This document shows, one piece after another, positions 37,901-49,189 of a stretch of 64,000 bases of DNA; position 1 is the stretch's first letter; each line of letters begins with the position of its first letter. The translations under genes and the position numbers were made by a program. Origin of the DNA: Nemertoderma westbladi (lineage: Eukaryota > Animalia > Xenacoelomorpha); assembly GCA_032718475.1 (NCBI GenBank), contig JAUCBJ010002711.1, positions 1 to 64,000 of the forward strand, written 5' to 3'. The notes below the pieces were generated by a model. That model was given only the letters and a program-made list of their open reading frames with translations. It had not been told where the DNA came from and did not search any database.

Positions 37901-40900
37901 GGCTACGAAACGGCTAAGTTAACTATAAAGAACGCCTTGGTACACACAGACCTCCGGGTGCGGTTCCGACAATCAGCCGAGTACGCCCCCCTCATACAAT
38001 TGGACCGGGACGATGTAGACCTGAGGTGTCCGCAGCTGGACGTAAACCGTATCACCCTACTGATCGGACTTGATACACCGGAACTACACATCCCCACCGG
38101 AGATATCGCCCGATCTATAAACCAGGATGACGGATTTTATGCTGAACGAACAATAATGGGATGGACACTCTGCGGCATTAAGGAGGAAACTACGGACACC
38201 TATACCTACCTTCCCAAATGTCAGATTAAAGAGAATGTAACCTCCGTGGGTTATTGCTCGGCTTCGGATCTTGACGAGGATTTGTTTCTGGAATCCGAGA
38301 AAACTCAACGAGAGATGACGAAATATTTTAATTTGGAGACCCAGGAGTTCGCGGAAAAGGACGAAAACCCATCCGAAGAGGACCAATATTGTATGGACGT
38401 TCTCGACCAGGCCACGTTTAAAGACGGACATTGGTGTTCACCTATGTTATGGAAGGATCCAAACAAACCAATGGCAAACAACGCCAGCATGGCACTTAAA
38501 TGACTTAAAGGGATTCTACGCCGGCTGAATGACCAACCTGAAATAAAGGAGAAATATAATACCGTAATCCAAGGATATCTCGATGATGGATTAGCAGAAA
38601 TGGTACCACGGAATGAACTGCAAGGTGGTAAAAGAACATATTATCTCCCAACCCACTATGTAGTAGAAGCCCGCAAAGGTGGGAAAATCCGAGTGGTAAA
38701 TGATGCTGCCGCTATGTACCAGGGCGAATCCCTAAACAGTCAACTTTACACGGGACCCAACATATATAGCACACTCATCGGCGTATTGATCAGGTTCAGG
38801 GAAAACCGGGTAGCATTCACCTGTGACATCAAGGCCATGTTTCATCAGGTTCGTACGTTACCAAGAGACTCGGACTGTCTACGTATCCTATGGACGGATA
38901 AAACGCTTACTCAACAGGAGATTAGCCAACTCATGATACGGGACGTAGACGTAATGCGTATGGTCGTCAGGATCTTCGGTGCTAAGGACTCGCCGGTAGC
39001 ATGCAGTGACATGCTAAAGAGGACGGCAACTATGTGCGAAAACGAGTTCCCTCCAACCGTCATAGAAACCATTCGACGATGCTTCTACGTGGACGACGGA
39101 TGCGCCGGCGCGGATAACGTGGATGAGGCACATCGGCTAGCAATGGGGATGGTGGAATGTCTAAAGAAAGGAGGGTTTCCGCTCGTAAAGTTCAGATCCC
39201 ATGACAAAACACTTATGGAAAAGTTTCCGGAGGACATCCGGCTGGAAGATAACAAAATGTATTCGGAGGATGTGGAACATCGTGTACTTGGGATTGAATG
39301 GGACATAGAATCAGACGAATTCATCTTCAAGTATAAACCCCTACCCAAGCCTATGACAAAAAGGGGATGTTTGTCGATAAAAAGCGCCATCTTCGACCCA
39401 TTAAATTTCATATCTCCAGTAACCTTGGCCGGAATGAACCTGATTAAGGAAATGTGGATAGAAGGACTGGGATGGGACGAAGAGCTTCCCCCATACCTTA
39501 GCGTCAAATGGAGAAAATGGACGGAGCAGCTCGAACATCTACATCTTATGCGGATACCTAGACCGTTCTTCCTCGATAAACTGCCCACCGATATCTTCCA
39601 GCTCCACACCTTTTCGGATGCTTCAAATACCGGAATCGGCGTAGTAACCTTCTTACGGAGACTAAGTAGCGATGGAAACGGCGATACAAGCTTCTTATTC
39701 TCCAAAGCAAAGACAGTATCCGGGGAATTCGTAGCAACGATTCCGAGACTCGAGCTACAAGCTGCAGTTTGGGCAGTAAGACAGAATCGCATGGCCATGC
39801 GGAACCTACGGATCCCCATAGAATCTCAACACTTCTGGGTAGATTCGAGTATAGTTCTCTATTATCTCCACTCTCCATCACGGTGTCACACCACGTTTGT
39901 TGCAAACCGAGCCACGGAGATTAAACAGTGTACCGGCCGAGAACAGTGGCATCACGTGAACGGGAAGGAAAACCCAGCGGACTTATCAAGCCGAGGCGCC
40001 ACCCCAAAACAACTCGGTAAAAGTAAACTCTGGCTTACAGGCCCGGAATTCCTACGGCAGCCACAGTTGACATGGAGTACCCGATTCGACCCCGAACTCG
40101 ATAGTGGAAAATACTCCGAGGACGATAAAGAGATCCGTAAAATCCATCGAAGCAACGCGGTGGAAATTTATAGTTGCCTGACTGAGCCTGCAAAGGACTC
40201 GGGCAGGCACTATAACGTCGCGACGATCACTCAACTAGCGGCGTCTTTACATCAGTTGATCGAGCGAACTTCATCCATGAGACGGCTCGTCTATCACGTT
40301 ATAACCCTTCGCAACTTCCTACGGTGGAAAAACAACAAACCGATAGTTCAACGGAATATACAAGAACTCATTATTGCGGAGAAGTGTATTGTCAGATATG
40401 TCCAGAAAGAAAGTTTCCCCGATGAATGGGAACAACTTAGTGCGGGCAAAACGTTGAAACCGGACAGCCCAGTCTACCAACTGAGACCAATGATGGGAGA
40501 GGACGGACTGATCCGACTGAATACCCGGATGGCAAACGCCCCGGTCGAATATGAGGTTAAATACCCGGCGCTTCTGCCCGGAACGTCGACACTAGCTAAG
40601 CTATTAATTCTACAATGCCATGAGGACAACCACCACGCAGGACAGAATTGGATTATAGCTAATATAAGACAAAGATATTGGATCACCCACATCCAGCCAC
40701 TGATCCGGAAAGTGTTGAAACGTTGCTTCACCTGCAGACGTTACCTAGCGCCACCAATCGCCCAAAAGATGGCCGACTTACCGGCCACCCGTCTACAAGC
40801 GGATTCCCCACCATTCTACGTCACCGGAGTGGACTGTTTCGGACCGTTCACGGTTATTGAACGACGATCCAACATCAAATGCTGGGGAGCCATCTTCACC

Positions 40901-41791
40901 TGCCTGAGGTCTAGGGCAATTTACCTAGATATCGTGGTAAATCTGACACAACACGCATTCATCAACGCTCTGCGTCGGTTCGTGGCAAACAACGGGACAT
41001 GCCGCCACATGTATTCCGATAATGGTACAAACTTTGTGGGAGGAGAAAGGGAACTTAGAGAGGCGATCGAGGGATGGTTTACCGATAACACTGCATCCCA
41101 AGTCTGGAAGGAACACCAGATACAGTGGCACTTCCAGACCCCCTTAGCACCCCATACGAGCGGGGTATGGGAGAAACTAATCGACCTAGTGAAACGGTCC
41201 ATGCGCGTCGCTCTAGGCGATACCCGGGTAACCCATGACACCCTCCGCACAACATTTTGCGAGATCACGGCTACCCTGAACAACCGACCCATTGTTCCTA
41301 TCCGCGACGACCCCACAGACCTGGAACCCCTCACTCCTAACCACTTACTGGGGAGACCCAAAACCCACCTCCTCCCGGAAACCATGTTCCCGGATCCCAA
41401 CGAGATCGCGAAACATACAAACTGGAAAAAGGCCCAAGCATTGGCAGCGCATTGGTGGAGGATTTGGGCCCAGGAATATCTCATAACCCTCCGGACCAGG
41501 AGGAAATGGAACAACACCCACCGGAACGTTGCAGTTGGCGACATGGTACTAGTTAGAGAAGATCTCAAAGACCGCGTTCACTGGCCTGTGGCGCGGGTCG
41601 TGACCATACACCCAAGCAAAGACGGACTTGCGAGGACTGTGACGATACGAACGAAAGCGGGCCACTACCAACGCCCCATCCAGAAGCTGTGCCTTCTTGA
41701 AGGCAATGACAGTGGTGATTCTACAAGAGGTGATAAGTTCCCTACTACGGATCCTGCTGCAGACATCGGTGACAATGACAAATGCGTTTAA
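34916..41791 (+). pseudogene. Family-E Gag-Pol in one frame, with two in-frame stops (36950-36952, 38501-38503)
   Basis: The three track ORFs share a frame. Motifs FEGDP, three knuckles, FLDNGS, DIKAMF, FYVDDG, FSDAS, WVDS, GVDCFGP and YSDNGTNF. Confidence 0.93.
35555..35950 (+). repeat. Coding tandem repeat, mostly 33-nt units (EAERQAEQ[H/R][R/K]L), predicted coiled coil in Gag
   Basis: Repeated GAGGCCGAACGACAGGCCGAACAAC. Confidence 0.92.
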
Positions 41792-42069
41792 ACCCTTCTC
41801 ATCATGTTGACAAACTCTTTATAAACTGTGATTTATCGACAATGAGTTATGGACCCCCCTTTAAACCAACTGTAACCACGCAATGGTATTTGTGTTTCCT
41901 CGTGTGTTATGTGGAGTCCAGCATCACCCTGCAGATGTTTCGGCTGACGCAGGGTCGTTTATGCATTGTTTACCCTGATTTTGGTCATCAGGACCTACGA
42001 TATTGGATTATTGGAAATGGAAGAGATTTGAAGTGGAATTCATTGTATTCATTGCAGTATGTTATGTTG

Positions 42070-42490
42070 TCCGTTGCGTGCGCAGTTCGGGGCGTAGGCG
42101 GTGTAACGAGTCCAGCTGTAGATCCCGGATTGCCGCGCAACACCCCCTCTATCCCGTTATTCTGGTGGGTCCATGGTGCATCCACGTGACTTCGACGATA
42201 GAGGGTTTTATGTTCTCAGTCGCGTTATTCTGGTGGGACCGTTGCGTGGATTTTGGGGCGTAGGCGGTGTAACGAGTCCAGCTGTAGATCCCAGAATGTT
42301 GCGTAACCCCATCCCACATGACTTCGTCGACTGAGCTTTATGTTGTTGGGAGAGTTATTCTGGTGGGTCCCTGGTGCACCCACGTGACTTCACTCCCAGC
42401 GTCTTCATTGTCCGTTACGTGCGCAGTTTGGGGCGTAGGCGGTGTAACGAGTCCAGCTGTAGATCCCAGATTGCCGCGTAACACCCCTTC
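42070..42490 (+). repeat. Three diverged units of about 170 bp between pol and ORF3 of element E
   Basis: GGGGCGTAGGCGGTGTAACGAGTCCAGCTGTAGATCCC near 42089, 42255 and 42430. GTTATTCTGGTGGG near 42157, 42224 and 42354. Confidence 0.88.
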
Positions 42491-43036
42491 CACGACAAAG
42501 ATTAAACAAAGAAAATGATTCAATATAGTTGGAAATGATGAAAAGGATCAGACAACTCTGCTATAAACCTGAATGATGACGCGTATACTGATGAAAATGA
42601 AATGATGCGCACCCTGGTGCTGCGCTTATAACAATGATGATAGCCGGGGGGCTATAAACCCAATGATGATGTGGAAATAAATAAATGTGAAATAAATGGT
42701 GGAAATAAATGTGTTGAAATATATGTGGAAATAAATGAAATGAGATGAAATAATAATGAAATGAAAAAAGACAAAAAAAAGGTATAAAAAAGGTCAAAGA
42801 AAAGAATTGGAAAAAAAAGGACAAAAAAGTCATAAAAAACTGGTTGGATATTATGTATAGCTATAGTAACTGTAAATGCTGAATGTATTAGCAATAAGAT
42901 GATAGATGCCTATATAGCAATGTTATTTAATAAACTGAATTCAATAAAAAACTGAATTATTCTGCTATCGCTATAGTTTCAGACTTTCTGGACTTATAAT
43001 TAACTGATCTAATTTGTAACGGATATAATCGTAAAT

Positions 43037-45637
43037 ATGGACCCAAATCGCCAAATTATCGGCGAATTACGTAACACGATAGATCTACTGGAATATTCGC
43101 AACCCGGATCCCCTGACTTTGATACAAATTGGAACATTCTGCTAAATGAGAACGTACGAGAAATTAAATTCACCGGGCGAGAGGGACCGGATTCTAAGAA
43201 TCTACGAGCCCTCCGGTTAGCCGATGCTAGTACGAGACTGAAAAGAACTCGGAACGCAAAGGCAACCGGAGGGGACGATTCGTCGTTTTGGGAAACGTTC
43301 TGGCAGAGCGTCTACAGATCCCGATGTTTGATCTACGACAACGAGGGAAACGCGACGCCCACCTCGAAGGCGATTACGTTGGCGAGATGTCAGAGTTTCG
43401 TCGACGACAAGAGTACGTACCTCGCCCACTGGGGAAACCTGTCGGAGTGTACGGTGACGCTTCGAGAGGAACGCGTATCGATTATCCAAAACCGCGACGA
43501 CTACCAGGAAAAGTACGGGGCGAAAGAATACGGTCGATCCTTAGTCGTCGTCCTCGGAACCCTGGACGGTTTGGTACTGGTGTGCCGAATATTCCCGACA
43601 CCCAGACATGAAGTGCAGGCAGCCGGAGCGATCTGGTTGCTGCCTCCGGATATCCAAAAGATCCTCTTCGACTTCGACGTCATTAAAATCGGGTCGGATA
43701 TCAAGGCGGACGTCCGGAACGACTACGCGAACGCTCCCGCAGGAAGAAACCGACGAAATGACCTCAACGCACTTAGCCATTGCATCGACACTCAAACGCT
43801 GCTAGCCTGGTTACGATTCGCCGAGTTCATGCGAGGATTCCAAAAAGTGAGACCGACGAAATCCGGGATCGGCTACCTCGCTGTGCTCAACGGCGGTATC
43901 GACTTCAAACCCCAGAAATTCCGGGACTATAATAAAATATACGGCGGATACCCGGGATTAGAGATAAAGAGCGAGCGAGAGGGTCGATGGAAGGACGTCG
44001 ATCGGAAGTGGACGATACACCAAAGGTGGGAGAATCCCGATCGACGGAGCTATATCTACGTCGTTATGGAATGCTACACCGTCGCTAAGTTTATCTGCAA
44101 GACTCTAGATAACTTCATCACGGCGGTCCCCCTTTCCTTCGTCGACTACGACTGGAACGAGGTTATAAACCACGCGTTTAAAGCGGTCGAGAACATTACA
44201 CCGGGAGAATCAAAAACGCCCGCCGTTATCGATTCCTGGGACGAGAGCGGACCTTACGACATCCCTACGATTACCGAACTTCTCGGTGCGGAGGAGCCTC
44301 TGATCTCCTCGGAAGGGGAAGAGATATGGCTAAACGAGGGTGTTCTACTCTCCACCCCGAAGCGACAACTCGAACCGGAGGCCGCGTACGGACCGGCCGC
44401 CAAACGGGTTGCCTCGGCCGAACCGGTGAAGAGAGCAGGCGTCTACACCCCACGCGGCTCCGGTAGCCCCGCGAGAGAGGTAGCCACTACGGCTGCATTG
44501 AGCGACTTCGGCGACATATGCCAACGGTTATCCCCGTATCCTTTCCCGGGCGGCGAAGATTGGTCGTCGGAGATTCCGAGTACCAGCCACCAACGGACCC
44601 GCTCAGCGATACTGGTCGAGGAAGGCCCCAGCGATGCGCCGACACCCGACGATCTCCTCGGTATCCCTCCGTCGAAAACCCCGGCACCTCTTCGCCGACC
44701 AGCGGTGGCTACTACACCCGCCATTCCTCAGGACCCTATGCGACTAACCCGTTGGTACGCCGAGCAAACTGAATGGATCCACCGCCAGAAACGGTCGTCC
44801 GAGTTGAGACCATCGGGACATAAAGAGGGTTATCGAAGCGAGAACATACTACGCAAGAGCCCAGCATTCCGCGGGCTACCGACCACCGAGAATATTCCGA
44901 AGAGCGACCGACGTCTCGAATACTACGCCGGCGTCCCGATTCCGATATTCCCCGGTCGAGAGATGCAGTTGGAGGTATGCGGCGACTGCGGTTCGGAGCA
45001 GTGCCCACGCGGCAGAAGGAATCGGGTTACCGATTCTTGCCTCCAGCTCCTCGTGATACTCTATTGCCCATACTGCGCGATATCGGGCCACGACGTTTCG
45101 GTCTGTCCGATCCTTTATAACCTCTGCACCACGTGCGGTTTCCGTGGACATTCCACTAGCCCCCGCTGCTATATTAAATGTCCAACCAAAGACGTTACCG
45201 CTATGGGCAATATGGTCATGTTTGAGACATACGCAAACAGCCATTTAAAGACCAAGTTTCGGAGAAACGCTCGGAATATCGCGCAGGAGATGGCGTGCGG
45301 ATATTTCTCCTTCCCGGAACGCCTCCACACGTCGGCCTCGCTACCCTTCCATTACGTGGATCTGCTACTGAGCGCCGGATTATTCGGTCCATTCGAAGTT
45401 ATTAGACGATTATATTCGTATAAAGAGGAGTTCGGTGACGGAGAATGGTTCCTAGAGGCACGCAACTCCGAGTTGGAAAGACGAACCGACATGATCCCGT
45501 TGCCTTCAAAAGGAAGAGCCGCCAGGAGACAAGCCGAAGCGTTACTCACGATGGATGTTGACGCTCCTCTACCAGCCATAGCGATCGATGAGAGTCGACG
45601 GGCGAAGAGACGGAAGGCGTATCAGAAAAAGAAATAG
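43037..45637 (+). CDS. ORF3: DEDDy-like 3'-5' exonuclease, Pro-rich linker, CCHC-like zinc knuckles, basic tail (866 aa, intact)
   Basis: LIYDNEG, LPPDIQKILFD..VIKIGSDIKADV, CIDTQ, SGIGYLA and YIYVVMEC. Then CGDC, CPYCAISGHDVSVC and CTTCGFRGHSTSPRC, ending RRAKRRKAYQKKK. Confidence 0.82.
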   Translation: MDPNRQIIGELRNTIDLLEYSQPGSPDFDTNWNILLNENVREIKFTGREGPDSKNLRALRLADASTRLKRTRNAKATGGDDSSFWETFWQSVYRSRCLIYDNEGNATPTSKAITLARCQSFVDDKSTYLAHWGNLSECTVTLREERVSIIQNRDDYQEKYGAKEYGRSLVVVLGTLDGLVLVCRIFPTPRHEVQAAGAIWLLPPDIQKILFDFDVIKIGSDIKADVRNDYANAPAGRNRRNDLNALSHCIDTQTLLAWLRFAEFMRGFQKVRPTKSGIGYLAVLNGGIDFKPQKFRDYNKIYGGYPGLEIKSEREGRWKDVDRKWTIHQRWENPDRRSYIYVVMECYTVAKFICKTLDNFITAVPLSFVDYDWNEVINHAFKAVENITPGESKTPAVIDSWDESGPYDIPTITELLGAEEPLISSEGEEIWLNEGVLLSTPKRQLEPEAAYGPAAKRVASAEPVKRAGVYTPRGSGSPAREVATTAALSDFGDICQRLSPYPFPGGEDWSSEIPSTSHQRTRSAILVEEGPSDAPTPDDLLGIPPSKTPAPLRRPAVATTPAIPQDPMRLTRWYAEQTEWIHRQKRSSELRPSGHKEGYRSENILRKSPAFRGLPTTENIPKSDRRLEYYAGVPIPIFPGREMQLEVCGDCGSEQCPRGRRNRVTDSCLQLLVILYCPYCAISGHDVSVCPILYNLCTTCGFRGHSTSPRCYIKCPTKDVTAMGNMVMFETYANSHLKTKFRRNARNIAQEMACGYFSFPERLHTSASLPFHYVDLLLSAGLFGPFEVIRRLYSYKEEFGDGEWFLEARNSELERRTDMIPLPSKGRAARRQAEALLTMDVDAPLPAIAIDESRRAKRRKAYQKKK

Positions 45638-45794
45638 TGGATTGGGATATTCCAGGAACATTTATCGAACATTTATTTTTATACAAACTCTAGGCCAAAT
45701 TAATTAAAAACTATGCAATATTAAATTTGGGATTTTTTATATTGGGAATGACCTACGCAAACTCAATCGACCGACAGACTTCACGAAGGTCATT

Positions 45795-45803
45795 GGGGGG
45801 GAC
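45795..45803 (+). other. Polypurine tract of element E
   Basis: GGGGGGGAC lies directly before the 3' LTR TGT. Confidence 0.85.
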
Positions 45804-47389
45804 TGTTCGCGGTATTTCAACTTTCCATAACGCGAGTTGAATATTTTTGTATTTTATTAAAATTGATTATTCCGATATTACTACTGGGTGCGGGACCATG
45901 GGTTTTGGGCACATTCAATAAACTGGGGGCGATTTATGGGCGAACTTTGGGGCAACTTACAGGGTACGGGAATAATTTCATAGTTATAAGGGCCAGGGGG
46001 GATGGAAAATGCAAGCAGTATTCAGGTTAGCCTGAGTACTATTAGGCCCTGGCCAACTTCCTGCTGCCTGTAGGGGTGGATTTGGTAATGCGCCAGGCCT
46101 AAAGGACAAGGACTGCCCTTAGCGGTCCCTGGCCAACGGCAGCTACTACGAGACTGAAAAGAACTCGGAACGCTGACTGCTTGTGTCAGGGATTTGCGAC
46201 GGGCACCGACGGCCCCTTAGTAGCCAAGCCGTTCTGGTTCTCAATGATCGAACCCCGGGGTTCGTGAGGGGTGGAGCGGACACGCGAACAGGTGGCCAAC
46301 TTAAGACTGCCCCCTGACCTAAGCCGTACTGGTTCTCGATGACCGATCCCTTCGGGGTTCGTGAGGGGTGGGACGGACATGCGAAAGGGCTGGCCACAGG
46401 ACTGGTTTGACAAGGACTGCCCTTCGCGGTCTCGGGTCAACTGCAGCTACTACGAGCCTGAAAAGAACTCGGAACGCTGACTGCTTGACTGGGATTTGCG
46501 ACGGGAACCGACGACAGACCCCTTAGCCAAGCCGTTCTGGTTCTCGATGATCGCTCCCTTCGGGGTTCGTGAGGGGTGGAACGGACACGCGATGGGGTCG
46601 AAAGACAAAGGACTAGACTCGACTAGACTCTACTGGCCTACCGACCGTTCGGAGCAGTTTCTCGGCTGCCGAAGCGACTACGAGCCTGAAACGGACTCGG
46701 AAAGCCTAGGTGGTTGGGTTTCTGTAATGAACTGACGGACCCCTAGCCAAGCCGTTCTGGTTCTCGATGATCGAACCCTTCGGGGTTCGTGAGGGGTGGA
46801 ACGGACACGCGAACGGGTCCACCGACACGACAGACTCTTAGCCAAGCCGTACTGGTTCTCGATGACCGAACCCTTCGGGGTTCGAGAGGGGTGGTACGGA
46901 TACGCGACAGAGTCTACCGACTGGACCGACCCTTAGCCAAGCCGGGCTGGTTCTCGATGATCGTTCCCTTCGGGGTTCGTGAGGGGTGGAACGGACACGC
47001 GACAGGGTCGACCGACACCGACACTACGGCACTAAGACTGGGACTGAGGGAAAATCTGGGGAACATTAGGTAGGCTAAAATTCTGAGCGAACAGTGGGTT
47101 ATTAAATAATATACCGTAGGGATTTATATTATCGTGTATAATTATTGTGAATATTTGGTGTATATTGATTTGGGGAAGCCCAAAATTATTCTTAATCAGG
47201 TTTTCAACTATAGGAAGTTACATTAAAGAGTATATCCAACTAATGCAGCTTTTCTCAACCGCAAACTTGCATCTTAGAAATATTCCCTCCCCACAATCAA
47301 TATCCGGTGACTGGCCGGGGCTCGGTGGTCTGTTAAGTCACGTCTCCAGCATCGGCGTTTTTCCCCCTGGTGTAGGAATAACGGCAACA
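45804..47389 (+). repeat. 3' LTR of element E
   Basis: Copy of 32891-34476, followed by TSD GAACG. Confidence 0.97.
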
Positions 47390-49189
47390 GAACGGTTAGG
47401 AAGTAGGGGCAGCCATCGCTGTAAGGTAAACCCCCGTCTAAAGAATAAGTCGTACTACTGGGTTAGAACGCATACTACCTAATCATTTCGGAGTCTGCAT
47501 GTCCTGTAGTTTATTTAGGCTTGAGAGTAGTCTGCCATCGTTTAGTCTGTACTTTGTTTGTGTAAGTCTGTACGGGTAGCGTATAATATTTATTTAGATA
47601 ATTTGTAGGCTGGATAGTTGTCTGGCTGTTATTAGGTCTGAACGGATTGCAGTGTGTGTAGAGCCTCTGTCCGATAAAGAACGGTTAGGAAGTAGGGGCA
47701 GCCAATGCTGTAAGGTAAACCCCCATCTAAAGAATAAGTCGTACTACTGAGTTAGAACGCATACTACCTAATCATTTCGGAGTCTGCATATACCGTAGTT
47801 TGTTTAGGCTTGATAGTAGTCTGTCAGTATTTGGTCTGCATTTTGTTTGAGTGGTTTGTACGCGTAGCGTAATATTTATTATTCAGAGTTTATGCGATTA
47901 TTCGCAACATTCATTCCCCAAGTTTGTTCCTACAGTAATTGTGTTTGTTATACATACCGTTATAGTTAAACTAACCCCGGTACTACACGGGCTGCTTGGC
48001 GTAGGTAAAGACTGGTGATTTTGTGCACCGGTCACTCCAGCAGATGACGTGGTTCTTTTAGCTGTTCAAGTATATTTAACTTCTGATTATATGTTGTACA
48101 AGTACTCGTACCTAATTTAGGGTTTAGTGTACAGTGCTTTCCGAAAGTAATTAGAGTAGGTATTATATTTGTGTTGTAAAGTGGTTGATAGGCACTTTCG
48201 ATTAGCTCTATTAACTTCTAGGTAGGAACACTCCGTGATACATAACGTAGTACCTATAGCGATACGGCTATAGGTCGTCAGGCGGTGGTATTTTCCCATC
48301 TGGACAACGCAGTGTATTTACTACTACATATTATTTTCAAATACCGCAGTACCCTGTCCGTTGTAATAACCAGATTTCTAACCCTTTGTTAGGCTGGTTT
48401 GTAGACTTCTTGTAAAATTACCCTAAAAATTCGTATTTTGTGTTTTTTGTAAATTTTTGTGTTTATTTAGAGATTTTAATCTCACCCGAATTGTACGTAA
48501 TTTGTAGTATTAAGTAACTTAGGTAAATTAGAATTATTTGTTTTAGTGTCCTATAAGTAACACTTCACTGAAAGCGCACCGCTTTGTGTAGTGATTACTC
48601 CCCAGAAATAATAACATTTATTTCAAACATTGACAAAACCCATTAAAACGGGTATATATATTATAAATCAAATCTAACGATTTATAAATAGTAGGCCTAC
48701 CATACAACCATTAGGTCTCAATATCAGTTGGACTACTGCTCAAATAACGGTAATAAAGTAAGTAAAGTAACCAAGTAACCCTAAAATTCAGAAATTCAAT
48801 TATTTAAAATAATTGATATACCGGTATTTACGATAGGCCTATTATCTTTATTTCTATAAATTTAGGCTGAAATTATACCGGTACTGGTAATTAATTCTAG
48901 TCCAGAATTATATATACTACAAACTGTAAACTGTATACCGGTATTCCCGATAGGCCTATTATATATTTATATATATTTGTGCTAAAATTATACCGGTATT
49001 CTGTGATAAACCTAGTCTGTAATAATACTTATATATACTATAAGCATACTGGTATACTAATATTATATATATATCACGCTACATTGAGTAGCAGTATCGG
49101 TAATTAATTACTAGGCTAACAGTGATACTGAATTACTAGACTTGCTTTAACTGTAATATAGCAGTAGGCATTCAACTGTACAATCAAAC

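Larger units (their letters stand above)
32891..47389 (+). mobile_element. Full-length BEL/Pao element, family E (14.5 kb)
   Basis: 1586-bp LTRs at 32891-34476 and 45804-47389, TSD GAACG on both sides, PPT at 45795-45803. Confidence 0.97.

Noticed and set aside
36950-38503. Programmed stop-codon readthrough in E gag-pol
   Set aside because: The TAG replaces a Trp conserved in family A (WLRNKW) within Gag, and the TGA fits CGA>TGA. Neither lies at a gag/pol boundary, so nonsense mutations are more likely.
43037-45637. env gene
   Set aside because: No signal peptide or transmembrane segment. The motifs fit an exonuclease and zinc knuckles.
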